DNA of 63,981 nt, counting the filler, from Ionaspis alba (lineage: Eukaryota), in assembly GCA_964255285.1 (NCBI GenBank). It is 3 parts of 3 records of this genome, joined end to end, with 100 filler letters (N's around TTAATTAATTAA, not from the genome) between each part and the next. Parts side by side here need not be neighbours in the genome. Positions count along the whole stretch, not along the records: positions 1 to 22,603 come from CAXUUL010000202.1; positions 22,704 to 45,280 come from CAXUUL010000203.1; 1 more part is not named here. One strand, written 5' to 3'. Positions within the stretch are counted from its first letter, which is position 1. Each line of letters begins with the position of its first letter. The translations under genes and the position numbers were made by a program. The notes beneath the pieces were generated by a model. That model saw only the letters and a list, made by a program, of their open reading frames with translations. It made no database searches and was not told where the DNA came from. Positions 13,182-26,812 of the stretch are shown piece by piece.

Positions 13182-14640
13182 TCACCTCCTTCTTGGCTTA
13201 TTCGACTGTTTTGCAGTTCCATTAGCAGCCGAGCGTTTCGTTCCACGCTCTTCGCCACTTTCTGCGGCTTCTGTGCCATTCATCCATTCTCGACCTTCAC
13301 CGGGACTTTTGCGACGCATCGTTCCTGGCCCAACGGCGACGATTTCTTCTTCGCTCTCGCTATCGTCGATGTCCAGTAGTACAGGCATACGGAAAACGTC
13401 TTCCTCTATAGCTCCTTTGGTTGGCTCAATCGTCAGGACATCAACTGCCTCATCTTCGAGATCCAGTCTCCGTTTGTGTATTTCCTCAATTGGATGGATG
13501 TCGAACTCATCCTCGTGCTCGATATATTCCACATTTTCTTCGACTTCGGCAAAGTCTGGTGCTAGTGCAGACCATCTCTGTTGCGGAACGATAGACCACA
13601 GGTAGATTCTACCCGTCTCAAGGCCACAGGCAGCCACGACTGGACGATTGGGATGCCACTAGCCAGTCATTAGCATTTCCCCCGAGTTCTAGCTCCTGGT
13701 ATAAGCCTACCTCCACCACTCCGAGTTCTTCCTTCGGCCCCTCTAGTATCTTGACCAAACTACCCTGACTGCGTTCCCACACATAAATATCGTGATTCAT
13801 GTATGTAGATGCCGTAACGTATTCCCCGGTAGAGCTGAATGCCACATGATTCCACGACAACCTGTTCACGACATCCTGAAACTTATGTTCGACCTCCATT
13901 TTGATGTTGTTGATATCCAGGTCAACTCGGGAGAGGTCGGGCATTGGGATGGTTCGTATAACACGATCACTAGCATTGGAAACCATGTCTCTTCCAGAAG
14001 CAGCAAGCCGCAGATAGATGATCACTGCGTTGCAGAGTCGTGTGGAGTGGATTGTCTGACAGGTCTCGGTCTCAATTACATTCANNNNNNNNNNNNNNNN
14101 NNNNNNNNNNNNNNNNNNNNNNNNNNNNNNNNNNNNNNNNNNNNNNNNNNNNNNNNNNNNNNNNNNNNNNNNNNNNNNNNNNNNCCATCTTTGAGATCCC
14201 AAAGCACGCATTTCCAGTCTTGAGAGGAGCTGAGGAGATACCTTCCGTCCCGCGACCAACTAACATGTGTCAGACTCGGAAAAGTAGGTTATAGGACGGT
14301 TCGACATGCCTCAGCGATTGGATCTGGCGCGTATGGCCACGGAGCTTATGAGCGACGCCATTGGTCTCAACGTCAAAGATGACTATTGTCCCATCAACCT
14401 AAGTTGCAGCTACCTTTAACTTGAGTTTGGTATTGGGGGCCACTCGATATGCTCACTCTGCCGGAAGCCAGGTAGTCACCCTTGCGGTTGAAACGTATAC
14501 AGGTTGCATGTCCTGATCCTTTGTAAAATTAGCATGACGACAAGGAAACCGCAGGAGGTTTTGTACTCACTGAGCTTGCCTGTCAGTGAGTCAGGGTAAT
14601 CTTGTGCAAGCACGAAGGGATCGATCAGTGATAGGTTCAT
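13182..14640 (-). CDS. SWD1: COMPASS/Set1C WD40 subunit Swd1 (RBBP5), multi-exon, spans gap 14085-14184
   Basis: Starts MNLSLIDPFVLAQDYPD; contains HKFQDVVNRLSW, LVKILEGPKEEL and WSALAPDFAEVEENVEYIEHEDEFD, typical of Swd1/RbBP5. Confidence 0.93.
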
Positions 14641-15294
14641 GATTTAGACAGCTAGTCGCCACTCATTCAGAGTCGGTCTTTCATACGCTAAGTTAAACTT
14701 AGGAGCTGAATAATCATTGTGGAGTCAGATCTTTGAAATGGTTGAATAGAGTCATTCTGCTGGCCAACAATAAATCTTCGACTCACATCCGGCCATGCAT
14801 GGAAGCGAGCGCGGCTGAGACGCGATACGCTAGCACAAAGTGGACTAGTTCTAAAATAATCTGACCTTTCTAGCCCCGAAGGCGGCGAAGTCCTAAAGTT
14901 CTCCTTTGACATCTTACATCAACCACCTTCATCCATCTCCACACTTGACAACACCCGGTGTCGCGCAAGAGATCGCGATATCCGTTCTTGGAGGGTACGG
15001 AAAGGCGATTGCGCTACGTTGGATTCGTGAGCGAAGGCTCGAGGGACACGCACAGAAGGAGACGTCGCCTTGGCCCGGCAGGCCTCTAAGGCCATCGCGA
15101 AAGGACAGTTCACACTGTCTCTGCATCATCAGAATCCTTCAAGTGGACCTGACAGTGTCTGTCAGTGCACGGATGGGCTGTTGCAACGATCTTTTTTGGC
15201 CTTGAGTTGAGGCGGTCTCAACACCGTGGATCTCTGGTCTCACCACTGACGAAAACCTCTCTTTCTCTCCACTCGTAAACCTCAAACTGCAAAG

Positions 15295-18200
15295 ATGGCG
15301 AACCTCAACTTCCAATACTCCAGCGCGCCGCTGCGCACGATTCAAGAGATCCAGTTCGGACTGCTTTCTCCAGAAGAGATTAAAAATATGAGTGTAGCAC
15401 ACATAGAGTACGCAGAAACCATGGATGAACAGAAACAACGTCCACGGGAGTCGGGTCTAAACGATCCAAGACTTGGATCTATCGATCGATCGTTCAAGTG
15501 TGCAACATGCGATGAGAACATGTCAGAGTGTCCTGGTCATTTTGGTCATATCGAACTATCCATACCTGTCTTTCATGTTGGTTAGTTTACCATTAGATTG
15601 AGGGTATCACCAGCGGAACCTCACTAACTTGCGACAGGTTTCATGACAAAGATCAAGAAGCTGCTGGAGACCGTCTGCCACAACTGTGGCAAAATCTTGG
15701 TAGATGAAGTTAGTCATCCCTGATTGGGATGACCGATTTTCACTATAATTCCAGTGCTGACATTCGTGTAATTTAGAGCAACCCCGAATTCGTGGAGGCT
15801 CTACGTTACCGTGATTCCAAAAGACGTTTTGACGCGATATGGAGGCTCTGCAAGCCCAAGCTCGTCTGCGAGAGCATGATCGTTGGCGACGATGATGATA
15901 TGGAGAAGGAGAAAAAGCCAAAGCATGATCATGGCGGCTGTGGCAACATACAACCAGAGGTCCGGCGGGAAGGGCTGAAGTTGACGGGAACATGGAAAGC
16001 GCAGAAGGGCGATGAGGAGAACGAAGGCCAGCAGCCGGAGAAGAAACCCATTACTCCGCAGATGGCATTGAATATCTTTCGGCACATTTCCACGGAAGAT
16101 ATCAAGAAGATGGGCTTAAGCAACGACTACGCACGACCTGAGTGGATGATTATCACCGTGCTTCCAGTCCCACCACCTCCAGTCCGTCCCAGCATCTCCG
16201 TGGATGGAACTGGTCAAGGCATGCGTGGAGAGGATGATTTGACTTACAAGCTGGGAGATATTATTCGAGCAAATCTCAACGTTCGAAAATGCGAGACAGA
16301 CGGCTCGGCGGGTCACGTTCAGGTCGAATTTGAGCAGCTTCTGCAATTCCATGTTGCCACATACATGGACAACGATATCGCTGGACAACCTCAGGCTTTA
16401 CAAAAATCTGGCCGTCCAGTGAAATCTATTCGTGCTCGCCTCAAGGGTAAGGAAGGTCGTCTGCGCGGAAATCTTATGGGGAAGCGAGTGGACTTTTCGG
16501 CACGTACTGTCATTACCGGTGACCCTAATCTTTCTCTGGACGAAGTTGGTGTTCCCAGGAGTATTGCTCGGACTTTGACCTACCCGGAGACGGTGACTCG
16601 ATACAACATCGATAAGCTTCACCAGCTCGTCAAAAACGGACCTAATGAACACCCTGGAGCCAAGTATGTCATCCGCGACACAGGTGAACGAATCGATCTG
16701 CGCCACCACAAACGAGCTGGAGATATCATCTTGCAATGGGGATGGAAAGTTGAACGGCACATCGTTGATGGAGATTATATTATCTTCAACAGACAGCCGT
16801 CACTTCACAAGGAGTCCATGATGGGTCATCGAGTTCGGGTCATGCCTTACTCAACCTTCCGACTGAATCTCTCAGTTACATCTCCTTACAATGCTGATTT
16901 CGATGGAGACGAGATGAATTTGCACGTACCCCAGAGCGAAGAGACTCGCGCTGAGGTCAGCCAACTCTGCATGGTCCCACTTAACATCGTCTCGCCGCAG
17001 CGAAACTCTCCTCTGATGGGTATCGTTCAAGACACGCTCTGTGGAATCTATAAGATGTGTCGACGAGATGTGTTTATGACCGAGGAACAAGTGATGAACA
17101 TTCTCCTGTGGGTCCCAGATTGGGATGGGGTGATTCCCACACCAGCAGTGTTGAAGCCGGTCCCGAAGTGGACTGGGAAACAGATCATCAGTCTCGTAAT
17201 CCCGGACGGACTCAACCTCATTCGAACAGGGAAGGAGGGTCTGGCACCAATGAACGACGATGGCATGTTCATCCACTCCGGCGAGCTGATGTACGGTCTT
17301 CTAAATAAGAAGATTGTTGGTGCGAGTAGCGGTGGTGTTATCCATATCATCTACAACGAGGCTGGCCCCGAAGCAGCACTAAAGTTCTTCAATGGGGCTC
17401 AGACTGTTGTGAACTATTGGCTCTTGCACAACGGTTTCAGTATTGGTATCGGTGATACGATCCCGGATCGAACTACCATCACAGCCATAGAAAACGCTGT
17501 CAACAAACGAAAGGAAGAAGTAGCGGAGCTCACGAAGAGTGCCACAGCTAACGAGCTAGAATCTCTACCTGGCATGAATGTTCGTGAAACTTTCGAGAGT
17601 AAAGTGTCGAAAGCACTCAACACTGCTCGTGATGATGCCGGTACAGTGACTGAGGATAGTTTGAGAGATCTGAACAATGCCATTCAGATGGCGCGGTCAG
17701 GTTCCAAGGGATCGACTATCAACATCTCCCAGATGACGGCAGTAGTGGGACAGCAGTCCGTGGAAGGGAAGCGCATTCCTTTCGGCTTCAAGTACCGGAC
17801 TCTACCTCATTTCACAAAAGATGACTACTCCCCAGAATCAAGAGGATTTGTGGAGAACTCGTATCTACGAGGGTTGACTCCTACAGAGTTCTTCTTCCAC
17901 GCTATGGCTGGTCGTGAAGGTCTTATCGACACGGCTGTCAAGACTGCTGAGACTGGTTACATCCAACGTCGGCTTGTGAAAGCCATGGAAGACGTAATGG
18001 CAAAATACGATGGGACAGTACGGAACTCCCTAGGTGATATCGTTCAATTTGTGTATGGTGAAGACGGCCTTGACGGTGCACACATTGAACCACAGCGTCT
18101 GGATATCATCGTCTGCTCAGACGACCAATTTGAGAAGAAGTTCCGTGTCGATCTAATGGATCCGAAAGCGAGCATATCTCCGGAGCTCTTGGAACAAGCC

Positions 18201-20675
18201 AATGTGATTGCTGGTGATGTCAAGGTCCAAAACTATCTAGATGAAGAATGGGAGCAACTCAAAGCAGCTCGTGCTTTCTTGCGTAAAAACACAAGAGACG
18301 ACAATGAGCAATTGCAGCTTCCAATCAACGTTCTGCGGATCCTTGACACTGCTAAGACGACTTTCAAGATCAAGGAAGGCGCTAGAAGTGACCTACACCC
18401 TACGGAAGTAATTACTCAGGTACAGGCCTTGCTTGACCGTCTGGTCGTGGTTCGTGGTGAAGACGCCTTGTCCAAAGAAGGTCAGCATAACGCAACTCTG
18501 CTTTTTAAGGCGCATCTTCGCTCTCGTCTGGCTTTCAAGCGCCTGGTCGTGGAATACTCTCTGAACAAGCTGGCTTTCTCGAATGTCTTGGGTGAAATCG
18601 AGAGTCGCTTCTGCCGAGCAGCAGTCAACCCAGGAGAAATGGTTGGCGTGCTGGCTGCTCAGTCCATCGGTGAGCCGGCTACCCAGATGACGCTCAACAC
18701 TTTCCATTTTGCTGGTGTATCCTCAAAGAACGTTACTCTCGGTGTTCCTCGTCTTAAGGAGATCTTGAACGTCGCCAGGAACATCAAAACTCCTGCGATG
18801 ACTGTCTATCAGGAGGAAGGCATGACAAGGAATCAAGAAAGCGCTAAACTGCTTCGAAGTGCTGTTGAACACACTACTCTCCGATCCGTCACCGAGACTA
18901 CCGAGATCTACTATGATCCAGATGTCCAATCTACGAATATCCCTTCGGACGTTGACATGGTAGAATCATACTGGATCATTCCGGATGAGGCAGGCGTGGA
19001 TGCGCATCGTCAATCACGCTGGCTTCTACGTATCATCCTCGGGCGACGAAAGCTACTGGACAAGGGTTTGACTGTACAGGATGTGGCAGCTAAAATCAAG
19101 GAGAATTATGCCAAGGATTTAGCAGTGATCTTCAGCGACAATAATGCCGATGAGCAGGTCATCCGTGTTCGCATGATTCAAGACGGTAAAGGTGATGAAG
19201 ATGACGATCTTGAGGAAGATCTTATGCTCAAGCGGCTGGAGAATCACATCTTGGACACTCTCACCCTCCGTGGTGTGCCAGGAATCGATAGGGCCTTCTT
19301 GAGTTCTACTACCAAAATGCGGCAAAAGGAGGACGGTGCTCTTGTCAAAATCAAGGAAGATCCACTGTGTGTTGAATGGTTCTTGGATACCAGCGGTTCC
19401 GCTCTGGGTCAAGTCATTACCATTCCTGGGGTCGACGCTACTCGAACATACTCGAATTCCTTCATTGAGGTCTTCGAAGTATTTGGTATTGAGGCTACCC
19501 GTTCTGCTCTGATGCGAGAATTGACTGCAGTCTTGGCCTTTGATGGATCATACGTCAACCATCGCCACTTAGCTCTTCTCGTCGATGTCATGACATCTCG
19601 TGGACATCTGGTCCCAATCACGCGGCACGGTATCAACAAGGCAGACACTGGTGCCTTGATGAGGTGTTCCTTTGAGGAGACTGTCGAGATCCTCCTCGAT
19701 GCTGCTGCTTGTGGAGAGCTCGATGATTGTCGAGGTGTTTCTGAAAACGTCATGCTTGGACAATTAGCTCCGCTCGGCACTGGAGAACTCGACATCTTCT
19801 TGGATCCGAAGATGCTCAGCACTGTCGTCTCGGATGGTGTGGGCATGGGCCTTATGCCTAGTATGGCTCTCAAGGGCAATATGCCCGAGGGTGCAGCTAC
19901 ACCTTATGACACCGGATCTCCAATGCACGATACAGGATATCTGGGAACACCAGACTATGGCGCATCATTCTCGCCTATGGCAAATACTGGCTCCGAAACT
20001 CCAGGCGGATTCACTCAGTACACCGGCTCTGGGTTTGGCGGTGGTGGTCTCAGTCCTTACAGCGCTAGAAGCCCTGGTGGAGGTTATTCGCCAAGCAGTC
20101 CGTTCAATACTAGCCCTAGCTCACCGGGATTCTCTCCGACGTCCCCAGGTTATTCTCCTACCTCGCCGGGTATTGGCGGTGGTACTAGTCCGAGATTTGC
20201 TACTTCTCCTGGCTTCTCCCCAGCTAGTCCAGCGTATACCCCGACATCGCCTGGTTATTCTCCGACCTCTCCTGGCTACGGGAACGCTGGCATTTCCCCT
20301 GCATCTCCCAGTTATAGTCCAACGTCACCTAACTACAGCCCGACATCTCCGACTTACAGTCCGACTTCACCTAATTACAGTCCTACTTCTCCAACTTACA
20401 GTCCGACCTCACCTGTCTACAGCCCTACTAGCCCGCAATTTGGTGGCGGCGCTGCAGCTAAACAGCACTCTCCAACTTCCCCCACTTCGCCTGCAAGCTA
20501 CAGTCCGACCTCTCCAATGTACAGTCCCACCAGTCCTGTGGGCAGCTACTCTCCGACCTCGCCTAATTTCAACGGGTCTCCAACTTCTCCTGGGTCTGCT
20601 CCGTACTCAGCTTCTTCTCCGAAGTGGTCACCCACTTCACCGACTTACTCGCCGACCTCCCCTAGTGGCAGCTGA
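15295..20675 (+). CDS. RPB1: RNA polymerase II largest subunit, 3 exons (introns 15581-15637, 15709-15776)
   Basis: CPGHFGH zinc motif, [12 protein letters not shown], catalytic [15 protein letters not shown] and YSPTSP heptad CTD. Confidence 0.99.
20085..20672 (+). repeat. RPB1 CTD heptad repeats (degenerate)
   Basis: Tandem YSPTSPx units interrupted by spacers. Confidence 0.95.
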
Positions 20676-21294
20676 GCCAATCTCAGCCTTCGCCCGCTAG
20701 CTAGGCTCTAGTCTAGTACTTTGTTCGCACTCCTGTGCTACAGTGATACGGCTTCGGTATTTCGAAGTCCCGATCTGTTTTTCTCCATTGCTATTTCATT
20801 GGCGATGTTGTATTTCTACGACTCGACAGTCGCATTTGCGACGTGCATTGCCTGGCGCAGTTCGGATTGGTCAAACAAAATGGCATGCTCGGAATTTGTT
20901 CGCATATGGCGTTTTGAGGATTTATTGATCTTTACAGAGGACTCCAAGCTGACGGGCTGGAGGTTCCGTTGCATCGAAACCCAGACTGAAACTACTAGAT
21001 TCCAGGCATTCGCACACGGCATCTTGCTGAGGTGGACAAGCTGCTACGGATTTGGCAGCAACTGGCGGCTATTTTTGAGCTGCGCATTGTGTAACCAGAT
21101 ACAAGGATAATGAGAATTAAAATACAACAATTTTAACGGTAGACATATGTGAACAGTCTGTGAGCCGTTGCTATAACCCGTTAGAGATACTTAATTACTT
21201 CGTCCCTTTGCCAGTACAAACTCTGTTTTGTTATAGTGAGTCATCCCCACGACAACCTCAACCCTAGTCTCTAAGAATTGATCATAATCCTTCA

Positions 21295-22455
21295 ATGGCA
21301 AATTCAAAGTATGAATATGTGAAGAATTACGAGAGACCAGATCCTCTACTACCATCCACATACATCGTAGTTCGAATAGATGGACGAGGTTTCCACAAGT
21401 ACGCCAATTCGATCAATCTCATATTTGCAAGCTAAACATATGAGGTTCACAAACAAATACGTATTCGAGAAGCCCAATGATCGCCGAGCTCTCGATCTTA
21501 TGAACGGGGCCGCTACGGCTGTCCTAAAAGAATTGCCAGATATTTGTTTGGCATATGGTGTCAGCGACGAATTCAGGTCTCCCTCTTGACCGATCTAAGT
21601 TCCAAGCCTGGAGCTCATGTATTTTCAGTTTCGTTTTCGACAGGACTTGCGAGCTCTTCGAGAGGAGAGAGAGGTGTGTTTGTTTGGTCAATGTGTCTTT
21701 CATATAAAAGAAGGCTGTTGAACTCTTTTCAAGCAAGATTGTCACTACTGTTGTTTCTACGTTTACGTCCTATTACACCTTCCTCTGGTCCAGCTACTTC
21801 TCCTCCAAGCCCCTGACTCCGCCTCTGCCGACATTCGATGGGAGGGCTGTGCTGTACCCCAATGCGAGGTTATTGCGAGATTACATGAGCTGGAGGCAGG
21901 TTGATTGTAAACTCTTTAGCCGGATCACCTCAATTCAGGTGAGCTGTGCTGATGATTTGCACAGGTCATATCAACAATTTATACAATACCACTTTCTGGT
22001 CACTGGTGCAGAAAGCTGGCATGACGGCTACGCAGGCGGAAGAGGAGCTGAAGGTATCAGATGCTCTAGGGCTATGGAGTATGGGCTGATTGAGACATAG
22101 GGAACATTGGCGGCTGATAAGAATGAACTTCTGTTCTCAAAATTCGGTATCAATTACAACAACGAGCCTGAGATGTTCAGGAAGGGAAGCGTGGTGTATC
22201 GGAATGTATGCCGAGGTCCTGCTGCTTGCGCTGCGCCTGCTGATTGAAAATCCATAGTACGAGAGCGATGGTCTGGAGCAGACAGGGTCTTCTGTTGCTG
22301 ACAAGCAGGTTGAAGGGATAGTAGTATCTAAGACTCAGAAGGAGAAAGAGAGGAAAAGGAGAGCAAAGGCAACAGTTGTAACTGAGCATGTGGATTTGAT
22401 CAAGGATGAGTTTTGGGATAAGAGGCCTTGGCTCTTATCTAGCAGCCAGGAATAG
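21295..22455 (+). CDS. THG1: tRNA(His) guanylyltransferase, 7 exons
   Basis: [10 protein letters not shown]...[79 protein letters not shown]; six GT-AG introns restore the frame; TAG at 22453-22455. Confidence 0.95.
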
Positions 22456-22603
22456 CATGCTACTAAATCGCTTTCGACTGTCCCCAGATATGCTGATAAC
22501 TAAGAAGGCATGCAGTTGTGATGATTGTAGTGAAATCTAAGATGCCCTCTTCTCTCACCTTCGTCTACCACTGTCTATCAACTTCGTAGAAGTACTTGAT
22601 ACC

Positions 22604-22703
22604 NNNNNNNNNNNNNNNNNNNNNNNNNNNNNNNNNNNNNNNNNNNNTTAATTAATTAANNNNNNNNNNNNNNNNNNNNNNNNNNNNNNNNNNNNNNNNN
22701 NNN
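22604..22703. other. Scaffold join: N run with TTAATTAATTAA six-frame-stop linker (22648-22659)
   Basis: Artificial spacer; identical design at 45281-45380. Confidence 0.9.
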
Positions 22704-24157
22704 ATAGACCACGTACAGCGAAAGAGCATGCTTTTGCCATGTGAAAGTATCCACTCGTGAAGGTATACTATGCATAAGCAACCGAATTATATCGCCGGGT
22801 TATTGCCACCAGGGTATCACCAAACAAAATTGAATGGCAACCTCACCCATTTTTGAGAGAGTAAGCTATTTGACGCCCATGCATAAGCAATCTGGAACAC
22901 AAAACTCGCCGGACGTCACCAATGCCCGTACAAGAGCGACTGATGAGACAATCCTATATCAGCACAAGCTAAACGGAGGCTATCAGGACGTTCGAGACAG
23001 CAAATAATACTCGGTTCTTCGTTGCTAAGCCATGACCTCTTAGACAAAAACTGAGCAGCCCATTCTGCAACACCAAATGCTACAAGATCTACGCTCACTG
23101 CCTCTTCCTCTCAGGTTTCGGCATTGATTGGCACAGCTGCTGCGCCCTACAGCGCAAAGGAGAGAGTAGCGGGAATCTGGTTAAACCTCCCCCAATCAGC
23201 CCGTCTCCAACTTCGTTCGAGATCTCTGTTTACCCGATCCCTCCACAACCACCATAACCGAATACCCTGCCACCTGAAATTGGCCAGAGATATGGCTGCC
23301 GTCTTGCATGAGATTGATGGCGCAATAATATAACCGAAGTCAGTGTCAACATGGACGAACCTTTCTCCAGCTTACACCTTTAATTACTCTAGCCCTCTCA
23401 TCAATTTAGCTTGAACTTTTGCACATGCTCTCTCAGTTTGCGTCGGAAACTGCGCGCAACTCTAGTAATTGTGACCAAAAAGTTTGTGCTTCTGAATCGA
23501 TCGTTGGCTAGCAAGCACTGGGTTCTGGTCGAACGAACTGTGTGATCGGAATAACGGTGATCCAAGGGCAGGTTACAGTGGTTATGATACCTGAGCTACA
23601 GATGCATGTCCCAGCTAGCTCTGTCCCTACTAAGAGGTTTAGCGGTGGCTGTACCTGAGCCGCGTACCGCCCAAAGCTAGCGTCCCGTCTCGTTCATGCT
23701 GGGTTTGACGAGACAAGACGTGGTTCTATTATTGTGCTTACAGCAAGCTACCAGTCCTCGAGACCGTGTTACAGACTCGGGTGGTTCAGCAGTTGGCCCG
23801 AGCATGACAAGCAGCAGACGCCGCAGCGCTGAGTGGGTCGCTGGGTTCCAGTCTAGGTGCGGACTGGCTGCTGGACTCTGCCTTGTGAGCTAATTGGAGT
23901 TTTGGGCTCAGCCCAGACGGTTGAGAAAGCGAGCCTTGAGACCCCTGCTGGGGTTTGTGGTCGAGGAATACTTATATTCGGTCGAGGGACGCGAGATTGG
24001 AGTTGGAAGTCCATCAGCTGAAGCATTTACTTTCTCCTTTCCTTTTATTTATTGTCTCCTCGCCGTTGCTGTCTTCCTTTTAGTCTCTCGCTACCATTCC
24101 ATCCTCGACAGCATCTCCTCTGTCTTCTCCAATACCACGTATACTCAATCGACAGCT

Positions 24158-24925
24158 ATGTCTCACAAAACCGGCCCCAATGCCATCTGGCTCAAGCGCG
24201 TCCTGATCCCCTTCTGGATCCTGCAATTGCTCTTCATGGCCATCCAAATCGCCGGCGGCGCAATCCTGATCTGGTACGCAACGAACAACAGCAACAGCAC
24301 CACAGTCGACGGCAACGGGAACACTGTCACGGTCGACGGCGACACTACCACCGTCACCTCCAGCGACGGCACCGTCATCAGCACATCCACAAACACTAAT
24401 TACACCGTTAATGCAACAGCTGTCAAATCGTGAGTCACCTCAACCAGACGGCTTCCAGCCATCTGGTTCCTGGAGCTATATGTCGCTAACGAACTCCCCA
24501 GTGTTGCGGGCGTCGTCCTCGGCATCGCAGGCATCTGCTTCCTCTTCAACGTGATCGAAATTATTCAATACGCCCGTCGCCGCATGACCGCACCCTTCTA
24601 CTTCGGGTTCCAGCTCACCAAATTCCTACTTTGGACTGTCATCTTCATCATTGGTCTCGCAGGCACGGTACGAAGGGGTTCAACCATAATTAGCTTCGTT
24701 GCCAACATCGTTATGGAGTGAGTATCTTACATCCGTCGATCGGAGTAATGACATCGTGCTGATCAATATGCCAGGCTTCTGTTCCTCGGTACCTTGATTT
24801 ATGGCTCGGTCATCTACCACCGTCACCGCAAGAGTCTGCCGCGGAACATGTATCCTACCCCTGCATATGGAGATACTGAGACAGGATACAAACACGAACA
24901 GGGCCATGAGATGCATGGGCACTAG
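24158..24925 (+). CDS. Four-TM (MARVEL-like) fungal membrane protein with Thr/Asn-rich loop, 3 exons
   Basis: ATG 24158 (MSHKTGPNAIWLKRVLIPFWILQLLF); introns 24430-24501 and 24718-24774 give a continuous frame with four hydrophobic segments, ending HEMHGH*. Confidence 0.75.
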
Positions 24926-25633
24926 AAAGGATATGCACTGAATAGGGAGAGGCTTTAGTTAGTGGGGATGGTGGTTGGGTATAGAAGGAGGGGCAGAATG
25001 CGGCGTCACGATCATTTTACCTGCGCAGTCTTGTCTCTGCTATGTTTAGCGTGTTATTTTCTAGTCCTGATTCTGCTTTTGTGGAGATATCCCCAGTGTG
25101 ATTGGACTCGTTGGATAATTAAAGAATTTGGTTACACTGGAGCATGTTATGCTTGAATGCCCGTTTGCTTTAATATCTATATGCTTACATTCAACAGTCC
25201 ATAGACGAAGCTTGAGCCTTTTGATCTTGAAAATCCCGAGGAGATCAAGTTCACAGGCTTCGTTTAAGCATCAGACTCTTCTCTTAGCTACGATGTGAGC
25301 TGTCGATGTCATCAGCTCTTGGGGTATCGATAACGTGTTCCATTTGTCCTTCAGGGAGTGGATTGAGAGGACAACAGCAATATGTATGCCTCATAAGAGG
25401 AGCAACGCTATATATCTCCCCCAAACGCCAACGATGCACAATGCCGCCCATTTTGAGCCTTCACCAAACTCCCGCTATAATGGACCCCAGACAAAGGTAC
25501 CGTCAACAACACCTTAGCGAGCCCCAAAACCATCTCTGCGAGTGGGTATCAATCCTCCTAGCATCCCAAGAAAACCATGCCCTTTCCCACAAACGCTATG
25601 TCCAATCCTCCATCCGGGGGAAAGACTCCTAGT

Positions 25634-25995
25634 TCAATTCATCAACCGCCAAAACCCCATCCCCACAAACGCCATCGCAATCCCTGCAGCCCCAGCCTGT
25701 CTCGATTTTATGCCGAACCGACTCCCACTCCTCAAAATCGCCGCTTTCCGCAATTCCAGTTGGTTCCGACTCGAGTAGTATGTATACGCTCCCAGCCCCA
25801 CGAAAGCCGCCGCTCCTACCCCTACCATTAGCTCACATCCCCCAAGTGAAAAGACCTCGTGATGGTAGACAGACCAGTAAGTCTACAAGACAAACAATCA
25901 TCCACCCTATCCTTCTCCAGCACGCGCTGCAGTTTCTCCGGCTGCTGCAACTGATGCAGCGTAGTGGGGCTCAGAGGAGCGGAGTCGCGCGCCAT
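25634..25995 (-). CDS. Small DUF4536/DMAC1-like membrane protein, 2 exons
   Basis: MARDSAP...DDCLSCRLTG, intron, then AAAFVGLGAYTYYS...AFVGMGFWRLMN; the DCxSCR plus two-TM pattern is typical of this family. Confidence 0.75.
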
Positions 25996-26812
25996 GATGC
26001 TGGCTTGGAGGTGGTGGTCGATGTAAATCATTCGAGCGTGGTGAGAGGGTTAAGATATGGGGGTTGTTGTTATTGTGAGAGAGGGAAGGAGAATGGTCGT
26101 ATGGTTGTATTTGTTTGTCGGACAGCGGTGTGGGAGCTGACCGCCGGGGATGTGGGAGGATTGTTGATTGGTGGGGAGGGCTCGGTTGATAGGAAGTGTG
26201 GGCGGCAGAACGGGTTGTGGGTTAGTGGGGAGCTAAAAGGGGACTTGGGATTGTCGTGGAGGGTGGCAGAAATACCCAGTACCAAAGGGAAACAGGGGTG
26301 CAATCTGGGGACCTTGTCCCCTACGTTCTCTAAACTTAGCTCGCCGGCCTGCTTAAGTTTACGGCTGCTTTTGCATTTGATGTGGGATTGTCCTTGTCAC
26401 CCACTTCGGATGTTAAAGATACTGGGGGATCCGCCCTGGATATGTAGACGAGTTTCCGTGGTGGTCATGTGAACGCTTATGCAGGCCAATTGTCCAGACC
26501 CACCGACATGCCTGACCGTCTGCATGGCGATGCACCAGATACTGGCGAGAAGCATTGAGTCGATGTACGAGATGGTTGATGAGATGCGGGACTTGATCGA
26601 TGGAATTGCAACTTGGATGTTCTCCACAAGCAGGATGAGCAATCCACCCTTCCTCTACGCTATAATGTTGGCAGGGAATCACAGGGAGATGTTTTCTAGC
26701 GACTTCATCTATGCTCTCCTAATCATACTCCCTCTACACGTCTTCAATTAGTCTAATTCATCTTTCAATCGCTGCATCATTCATGTAATGCTACGTCCCA
26801 TATGGGAGAACC

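Noticed and set aside
19834..20700. 288-aa alternative-frame ORF over the RPB1 CTD
   Set aside because: By-product of the repetitive Ser/Pro/Thr codons; GTG start and no domain.
20673..20711. Readthrough of the RPB1 TGA would add ANLSLRPLARL, ending in a PTS1-like ARL
   Set aside because: The stop context is TGA GCC, not the TGA CTA readthrough motif, and peroxisomal Pol II is implausible; likely chance.
22648..22659. TTAATTAATTAA palindrome inside N runs (also 45325-45336)
   Set aside because: Artificial six-frame stop linker inserted during scaffolding, not biological.
25780..26751. 230-aa and 90-aa ORFs between the DUF4536-like gene and APM3
   Set aside because: The first is largely antisense to a real gene and its promoter; neither has a recognisable domain.
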